Shown here one piece after another: positions 57,061-64,000 of a DNA stretch of 64,000 bases. The notes beneath the pieces were generated by a model. It did no database searches, had not been told where the DNA came from, and saw only the letters and a list, made by a program, of their open reading frames with translations. The translations under genes and the position numbers were made by a program. Location of the stretch: contig JAXLZU010000001.1 in assembly GCA_046350735.1 (NCBI GenBank), positions 684,462-748,461 on the forward strand. The letters are read 5' to 3'. How positions within the stretch are numbered: the first letter of the stretch is position 1; each line of letters starts with the position of its first letter. The stretch comes from Candidatus Saccharimonadota bacterium (GTDB taxonomy: Bacteria; Patescibacteriota; Saccharimonadia; CAILAD01; BJGX01).

Positions 57061-60000
57061 TTGGTATTTACGAGCTTTGTTACTTTGTTTGCTAACCCTC
57101 TACCTGCACACGCTGCTTCGCTTACCTGGGATGGTGGTGGTGCTGATAACAATTGGAGCACTTGTGCTAACTGGACAACTGATACTTGCCCAATTGCAGG
57201 TGATACTGTTACTTTTAATGCAACATCAACCAAGAACTCGACAATAGATGCAGGTGCACCTGCTAGTGTTGCAACACTAACTATTGCAGCTGGTTATACC
57301 GGCACAATCACCCTAGCACGGACCTTCGCAACTACCACTACATTTTCTCAAGCAACAGGCAGTTTTACTGCATCCAATTAATCCCTCACTATGGCGGCCT
57401 TTACACTCTCCGGTGGGACATTTACTGCTAGTTCTGGTACGACAACCGTTAGTGGAGCCGTGACAGTATCGGGTACACCAACGTTTAATCACAATAGTGG
57501 CACCGTCACCTTTTCGGGTGGTGCTGCAACTATAGCTTGTAACGGGATCTCACTCAATACGGCAACCTTTACCAATACGGGCCTAAAAACAATTAGCTCG
57601 GGATGTACTATTCCGATGGGGGCCAGCCCCACTATTGCTAACGCTGTAACTGTAAATGGCACTCTATCTGGCAGCGGCACACTTACTATCACTACAGGTA
57701 CTTTTTTGCTCGGTACTACCGGAAGTCTTTCGGGATTTACAGGTATATCTGCTGGGTCCAACCTAACCATAAATGGTACCCTCAACGCGAGTAGCTATTT
57801 ACCATTTTCCGTAACAGGAGCATTTGCCCTAGGTGGAACTGCTACTTTTACTGCCCCGAGTGGCACACTCTCGGCAGGAAGTCTCAATTTTACACTTGGG
57901 TCTACATTCAGTGCGAATGGCGGCACCATAGATTTTACTGGGGGTTCTTCATCATCTGTTTGTGGCAATGCAGTGTTTAATCTAGTTACGTTTCACAACA
58001 CAGCAACAAAGACCATTGGCAGTGATTGCACACTGCCATTAGGTAATAATCCTACAATTTCCAACGCTATTACTTTGAATGGCACGTTTACTGGCAGCGG
58101 TACATTAACAACCACCACTGGTGGCTTTACTATAGGAACAACTGGAGTATTGTCTGGATTTTCTGGTATCAGTACCGGCGCTGCTTTAACTATAAATGGC
58201 ACACTTAATGCGGGCAGCTATTCTACTTTTACTTCTGTAGGGGCTTTTACTCTAGGTGCAGCATCGGTCTTTACTGCTCCATCTGGTTCTATGAGCCTAC
58301 AAGGCAGTGTCACTTTTACTGCGGGTATGACATTCAATGCCAATGGTGGAACGATTAATTTAATTGGAAGCAGTGGTACCATCTCATGTGCAAATGCTAC
58401 TTTCAATCTAGTATCAATTAGTGCTGGTACGAATACCAAAACAATAAATAGTGATTGTAATCTGCCTCTCGGTAACAATCCATCAATTACTCGTGTAGTA
58501 CTAAATGGTACTCTTTCTGGAACAGGCACACTCACCCATACTACCTCAACATTTCAGTTAAATGCCGGTGCTACACTAAGCGGATTTACAGGACTGCAGG
58601 ATAATGTCTCTCTCATTATTGCAGGTGCCAACCTAGATGTAAGCACATATAGTACGTTTAATGTTGCTGCGATACAGATGACATCAGGTTCATTAACAGC
58701 ACCCCCAGGAATTATGAATGTAAGCGCTAATTTAACTTTTACAGGAGGGGTGTTTAATGCTAATGGCGGAACAACAAACTTTTATAGTTCAACTTCGGCA
58801 TCAGTAGCTTGCAATAATGCCGTTTTTAATCATGTTACTCTAAATAAAAGCAATGTTATAACAATAGGTAGTGATTGCTCATTACCGTTAGGCAATAATC
58901 CTACAATAACTAATAGTGTCAATGTGAATGGTACACTTACAGGTACAGGAACCTTAACTGCCGCCATTCTTACTCTTAATGCTGGGTCAAATCTCTCAGG
59001 TTTTACTGGCATAGAGGTAAATTACCTCACAATTTCAGGAGCAACATATGATGCAAGCACATATTCACTTTTTAATGTTTCAGGTGGATATATTCAAACT
59101 GGAGGCTTTGTTACTCTGCCTTCAGCTGGAGCTTCATTCTTTAATTTTAATTTAAATGCTGGCTCAACCTTAACTGCTTCTACGGGTGTAATCAGTATTG
59201 AGGGCAATTTTACTACAGCTGCTGGATCTATTTTTAATGCCAATGGCGGAACCATTACATTTGTCGGTACCAATAGTCAAATATTAGGTTGTTATGGAAC
59301 TGTTTTTAACTCTGTTGTAATTAATAAATTTTCTGGTGACATGTTTATTAACTCTCTATGTAATTTACCTTTGGGGAGCAATCCAACTGTATATATTGGT
59401 GGTACATTATTTTTAAACGGTCAATTATCAGGAGCTGGAACACTTAGTAATTCGTCTGGTACACTAACTATTCTGTCATCCGCTGAACTCAGTGGTTTTA
59501 CTGGTTTGAATGTTAACAATTTAACCTTAGATGAAGCTAATGCTGATTTTGGTACATATAATACGCTTGATATTAACGGGACGTTATGGGTATCAACCAA
59601 TTCGACCTTCAAGGCAACATCTGCAATTATGACAATAAGTGGCTGGTTACTACTAGATAGCGGCTCTACATTCGATGCAAACAATGGTACGGTAATTTTA
59701 GATGGCAACAATCAGCAGATCAATGGTAGCATAACGTTTTATGACCTTACTAAGCACATTGCTAGCACAGATACGCTAACTTTTTCAGCAGGCTCAACTC
59801 AAACAATTTTGGGAGCACTGAGTTTTAAAGGTGCAAATACAGATAATCTCTTAAATCTCGTATCGTCCGACCCAGGGGTTACTCCCTGGATTATAGATGC
59901 CCAGGGTAGTAGAACTCTCCAATACCTTAATGTAAGTGATAGTACTAATATTAATCCCGCAGTAATGATAGCCTATGACAGTATTAATAGTGGTAATAAT

Positions 60001-60309
60001 ACCAATTGGAGTTTTCAGAGCACGCCTGCCCCTCCCACTCCTACGCCTACTCCAGATAATCCTAGCTCTTCGACAGTAACAAATAACACGAATGGATATG
60101 TATTACATCCAGCTGATGCTATTGAAGGCAGCGTTACGATAGTTGATAGTAATAATAACAACCCAGATAACGCCGGCAGAAAACCTAACAAAAATCCTAA
60201 TCAAACCTATACATTTATCTGGTGGTCATCCATTATCGGCATACTGCTTCTTACCGCTCTTCTGGCTTATATTCTCTACGTTACAGATAAGAAAAACCAC
60301 CATACATAG
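57061..60309 (+). pseudogene. Large repeat-rich surface adhesin interrupted by an in-frame TAA at 57379-57381
   Basis: 57061-57381 and 57391-60309 share a frame. Signal peptide (PAHA), WDGGGADNNWS..NW motif, ~140 aa repeats (C.LPLGNNPTI...NGTLSG.GTL) and a C-terminal TM. Confidence 0.75.
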
Positions 60310-60310
60310 C

Positions 60311-60517
60311 ATGAGCAAACTAATATCAAAGATGAGTAGTAGCACCATGATAATACTGGGAACAGTTTTGGTACTTGTACTACCCCTATGTCTAATTGGC
60401 TATTTTACTACCAACAATCCAGCCCTACTGGTTATTTCTATGCTTGGCGTAGTTACCTTTCCGATTGGTATGGTTATGCTCGCTGTAGGTGTTATGACTT
60501 TCAAAAAGAATAAATAA
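60311..60517 (+). CDS. Small two-TM membrane protein
   Basis: ATG 2 nt after the adhesin stop; hydrophobic. Confidence 0.55.
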   Translation: MSKLISKMSSSTMIILGTVLVLVLPLCLIGYFTTNNPALLVISMLGVVTFPIGMVMLAVGVMTFKKNK

Positions 60518-60551
60518 AAAAGACTTACCTGAGTAAGTCTATACTGATTGT

Positions 60552-60986
60552 TTATTGTGCAAATCTCCCGGTGCCATGTAGCCAATCAATATCGTCCTGT
60601 GTGACGGCAATTGGGGGTTTAGTCTTAAAGTACCAACCATTAATCTCATAAATAAGTCTTTTCTTGCTAAGATAGCTCAGCGCTGCAGACATCTGCGGAT
60701 CTTCGAGTACAAATTCGCGCTCTTCGAGCTTTCTTGCAAGCTCAATGCCCATGATCGCCCTTGGTGGGTAATCCAAGATATCGAGAATAGCTATAGAGAG
60801 GGTATCCAGCTCTTCGAGTAACTGATGTATGGCATCGGCAAAATCAACTCCATCTTGTAGCTTCTGCCAGATCATTTCTAGCATTGGGTCGCTAGGTTTT
60901 GCAGAAGTACGAATCTTTTCTTCATCGACAAATCCGACCAGCATATCGACGACTTCCTCAAGCTCTGTCTTACTACTCTCGGACAT
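60552..60986 (-). CDS. Hypothetical protein (possible C-terminal winged helix)
   Basis: AAGGAG SD before ATG 60986. Confidence 0.6.
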   Translation of the reverse strand: MSESSKTELEEVVDMLVGFVDEEKIRTSAKPSDPMLEMIWQKLQDGVDFADAIHQLLEELDTLSIAILDILDYPPRAIMGIELARKLEEREFVLEDPQMSAALSYLSKKRLIYEINGWYFKTKPPIAVTQDDIDWLHGTGRFAQ

Positions 60987-61056
60987 TGCAGCTCCTTCTG
61001 TAGAGATCAAGCTGGCAATATACTACCAGATATATTAACTCTGTACAAGATAAATA

Positions 61057-61086
61057 TAAAAACCCATACAATTGCTGTATGGGTAT
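61057..61086. terminator. Intrinsic terminator hairpin
   Basis: ACCCATACA-ATTGC-TGTATGGGT with an A run on one side. Confidence 0.55.
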
Positions 61087-61098
61087 GTAATTATATGT

Positions 61099-61470
61099 TT
61101 AGTAAGCGGGATTCTCTCGAGCGGGAATAAGCAAGCTGACTACCAGAACAAGTAAAAATGAGATTATCAACGAAGTTGTATAACTGATAGTATCTGTTAC
61201 AAGCAGTTGGTGTGAATACAAGACTCCTACAAGTATCATTAGTACCCACGCAACGAGTGCTGTACGGATTGCCAGTGCAAGAAAAACTACCACTAATGCA
61301 GCGCTACCATAAAAAATCGCACCAAACAGCAATAGCGGTAAGCCAAGCACGCAGTTCTTTAAACCCGTTAGCGCAAACTTCCATGCTTCTTTCGTAGGGT
61401 TACGATGTGCAATATATTCGTCATAATCATCCCAAGAGGAAGCTTTAGCGCCTACATCTTCTGTATCCAT
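61099..61470 (-). CDS. Hypothetical membrane protein
   Basis: AGGAG SD upstream; three hydrophobic segments. Confidence 0.6.
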   Translation of the reverse strand: MDTEDVGAKASSWDDYDEYIAHRNPTKEAWKFALTGLKNCVLGLPLLLFGAIFYGSAALVVVFLALAIRTALVAWVLMILVGVLYSHQLLVTDTISYTTSLIISFLLVLVVSLLIPARENPAY

Positions 61471-61570
61471 TTTTTCTCTCCTGACGGACCGGTACAAAAC
61501 GGAATAATTATACTATTATTACATGTCTTTAGCAACAAAAAAGACCTTTGCATATCACGAAGGTCGCTTT

Positions 61571-61969
61571 TGGTGGAGCTGGCGGGTTCTGCCCCCGCGT
61601 CCATACGGTTTGAAAAAATATCGTCTTCAAGCATAGTCGATTCTAATGGGATTTTACAAGCCCCAAGAGTGTAAAAAACCGACAAGAGCGCTCAAGTTGC
61701 TTGCTCTCTTTATTTTTCTTAGATCTCGCCCAGAGAGGTGGTAAGACCGCATCCAGATAATCGACGCTTGTTACCCTATCTGGTGTCTAGGTAGTAAGCG
61801 GCATAGCGTATTAGGCGTATGCTGGCGCAAGGCTAGGAGCTGCAAAAGCAGCCTTTACCTTGCTAATAAGTGTATTGGCACTTAAAGTGTTTTGGAACGG
61901 CTAACGTGCATTCCAGCCCGGCTTGCGAATATTTTTCAAAGTTCCATATGTCAAAGCTAATACAGCCCC
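61571..61969 (-). ncRNA. ssrA: tmRNA; tag ANTLISKVKAAFAAPSLAPAYA*
   Basis: 5' GGGGCTG pairs with 3' CAGCTCCACCA; resume codon after TTTAAGT; TTGACA-17-TAAAAT promoter upstream; terminator downstream. Confidence 0.93.
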
Positions 61970-62079
61970 ATAAGAAGAGATTTTACTTGTTATAAGGTAA
62001 AATGTCAAGAATGCTTATGCTTGTGCTGTAGATAATTTTTTGGTATAAATATATTTCTCCGATAGACAAGGAGTGTACC

Positions 62080-62370
62080 TTGCAGCAACAAAAGACCAAG
62101 AGCAGTCAGAATCAAGACAAAGTAGAAGAAGTCGAAGAAATACCTGAAGCAACAAAGCCAGACCTAACTGATACCGAAGAGCTTTTAGACAAAATCGATG
62201 AGCTTCTCGATGAAGATACCGTTGCCGAAGCAATTGCCAAGAAGAAATTTAAAGAAAAGCTCAAGTCAATTCAATTTGTTAGGCCTACTAGAGAGGTGCC
62301 TGTCACACTGGCAGTCACCACTGTCATTGCCTGTGAGTTTCGTTGCGAGAATTGCACCTGCGGGCGCTGA
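62080..62370 (+). CDS. Pup-like small acidic protein with Cys-rich C-terminus
   Basis: AAGGAG SD with a TTG start; LTDTEELLDKIDELLDED resembles the Pup helix; ends CEFRCENCTCGR. Confidence 0.6.
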   Translation: MQQQKTKSSQNQDKVEEVEEIPEATKPDLTDTEELLDKIDELLDEDTVAEAIAKKKFKEKLKSIQFVRPTREVPVTLAVTTVIACEFRCENCTCGR

Positions 62371-62412
62371 GCACATAAGAACTGCACTTAGCCTCAAGTA
62401 TATAGCTTGAGG

Positions 62413-63603
62413 CTATTTTTTATACTTCTCTAATACCTCTGCATACATCTCGTCATACTTTTTCCACGTATCAGAAATGTCGTGGTGCGATATTATTTCT
62501 AAGCTTGCCCTGGAGAACTTCTGACGAAGTTTTTCGCTACTTAAAAGCTTAAACATTCTATCGGCCAGCTGATTGGAATTACCATCTGCAAAGGTAAAGC
62601 CATTGATATCATTCTGGCAAAGTTCTGGCAAAGCACCCGCTCGTACCGCTAGTACTGGCAAACCGACTGCCATGGCCTCCATAGTGACGAGGCTTTGCAG
62701 CTCTACTGGGCTAGCAATAACAAATCCATCACTGGCTGCCAAGTACTCTCGTTTGCGTTCGTGCTCGGTGACATATCCCGTAAAAATAACGTTTTTTTCT
62801 ATACCAAGCTTTTTTACTTGTCGCCGAAGCTGTTTGCGAGCATTGCCGTCACCCAAAAGTATTAATGTAGCATTAAACGTGGCGTATTCTTTAGCAAACG
62901 CGGTAATTATCACATCAATTCTCTTCTCTACCCCGAGACGACCAGCATACATCAACACATTATCTGCAGTTATACCAAGCTTCTTGCGTAGTGCTTGCTT
63001 GTCTGAAGAGATTGGCTTATTAATGCGTAAATCTATACCATTACTAATTGCTCTGGTTGGTACACTAAGTCCGTTACGTTTGAGGTAGCGAATACCTGTA
63101 TTGGTAGGACTCATTACCATGTCGGCCTGGTTGTATACTCTAGCAATGTAACGCCATCCAAATTTATTCAAACCTCGCTGCAAGCCTTTAAACCAACTAA
63201 GGCCAAAGGTAATACTTTCGGGCATTAAATGACTACCAATTACCAACGGAATACCGTGTCGCTTGGCATATTTCATGGCCGCACGGCTTAATGGAAAAAG
63301 ATTATTTGCATGAATAATGTCTGGTTGGCCAACCTGATCTATAAATTGAACAAGTTGTTTGTACGGTCGTTTACCAAAGCGTAAGTTCTTTTGTAGGTGC
63401 GGTGAGAACGATCGTAATCGTTCAACAGAATACCCATGAGGTGATTTTTCACTATAGGGCGTTGCTTTATTGGCAATAGCCGGAGCAACCACAGTAGTTT
63501 GGTAACCCACTTTAGGCAAATTAGTTGCCATAGCATCGGTCACCGTCTCGGTGCCGCCAATAGAGGGGGCAAAAAGATCTGAGACAATCAACAAATGTTT
63601 CAT
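62413..63603 (-). CDS. Glycosyltransferase family 4 (GT-B)
   Basis: SDLFAPSIGG, NGID, YAGRLGVEK, ELQSLVTMEAMAVG motifs. Confidence 0.92.
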   Translation of the reverse strand: MKHLLIVSDLFAPSIGGTETVTDAMATNLPKVGYQTTVVAPAIANKATPYSEKSPHGYSVERLRSFSPHLQKNLRFGKRPYKQLVQFIDQVGQPDIIHANNLFPLSRAAMKYAKRHGIPLVIGSHLMPESITFGLSWFKGLQRGLNKFGWRYIARVYNQADMVMSPTNTGIRYLKRNGLSVPTRAISNGIDLRINKPISSDKQALRKKLGITADNVLMYAGRLGVEKRIDVIITAFAKEYATFNATLILLGDGNARKQLRRQVKKLGIEKNVIFTGYVTEHERKREYLAASDGFVIASPVELQSLVTMEAMAVGLPVLAVRAGALPELCQNDINGFTFADGNSNQLADRMFKLLSSEKLRQKFSRASLEIISHHDISDTWKKYDEMYAEVLEKYKK

Positions 63604-64000
63604 ATAGGATAGTTCTTAACAAATTCAGCTATTTTTTCAGCTGCATGCTCGTGGCGTAACCTGGTTTTTTCGTATGCGGCCCCACCAACAGTCACATTAC
63701 CATTAAGAATATCTTGGGTAGCTCGGGTAGCTAGTGCAGCCGTTGATGCCCAAACACCCGCGTGATTGCTCACCACGTACTCTAGGTTGCCTTCTTCTTG
63801 TCCAGGCAGGAAATCATAGATAACAATAGGCAAACGGCTCACAATGGCCTCTACGATGGTCCCAGGGCCTGCTTTCGTTAATAACACATCGGCAGCATGC
63901 ATCATGTCGGCGATGTCATCCCTAAATCCATATACAATGGTTGGTTTCTTCCAGTTTCTCTTGCTGAGATTCTTCTCGAGAGTAGCATTGCGACCAGCAA
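63600..64000 (-). CDS. MGDG synthase/UgtP-like glycosyltransferase (GT28 C-terminus, partial)
   Basis: YGFRDD...MHAADVLLTKAGPGTIVEA...PGQEEGN; open at the window end. Confidence 0.85.
   Translation of the reverse strand, partial: AGRNATLEKNLSKRNWKKPTIVYGFRDDIADMMHAADVLLTKAGPGTIVEAIVSRLPIVIYDFLPGQEEGNLEYVVSNHAGVWASTAALATRATQDILNGNVTVGGAAYEKTRLRHEHAAEKIAEFVKNYPI

Noticed and set aside
57379-57381. Stop-codon reassignment (alternative genetic code)
   Set aside because: TAA, TAG and TGA all terminate conserved genes normally in this window; this is an isolated nonsense change.

Overview
This 64 kb window looks like a Patescibacteria (CPR) chromosome, probably Saccharimonadia-related; the taxonomy is inferred from the stand-alone 16S and the gene families present. 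Housekeeping genes include gyrA/gyrB, pheS/pheT, trpS, argS, smpB, tmRNA, rmuC, a UvrD-nuclease, class I fba, purD, 16S rRNA and tRNA-Ile/Ala. The main observation is two paralogous, divergent F1-ATPase-like operons (3956-9594 and 26585-31270). Neither has a subunit a gene. In the atpE position each has a secreted/membrane protein ending in a subunit-c-like 'SIGRNP' hairpin that lacks the ion-binding carboxylate. Each operon is flanked by membrane-anchored, phage-tail-fibre or adhesin-like proteins (S74 chaperone, YadA-like, collagen). This is a candidate ion-uncoupled rotary ATPase for surface-fibre export, assembly or motion. Other oddities: a PheT with an inserted intact NlpC/P60 domain, a ~540 nt structured non-coding transcript upstream of purD, a Pup-like protein divergent from tmRNA, an ArgS lacking the HIGH motif, a HEPN islet at tRNA-Ala, a recurrent CTTATGCT promoter motif and many apparently leaderless genes.
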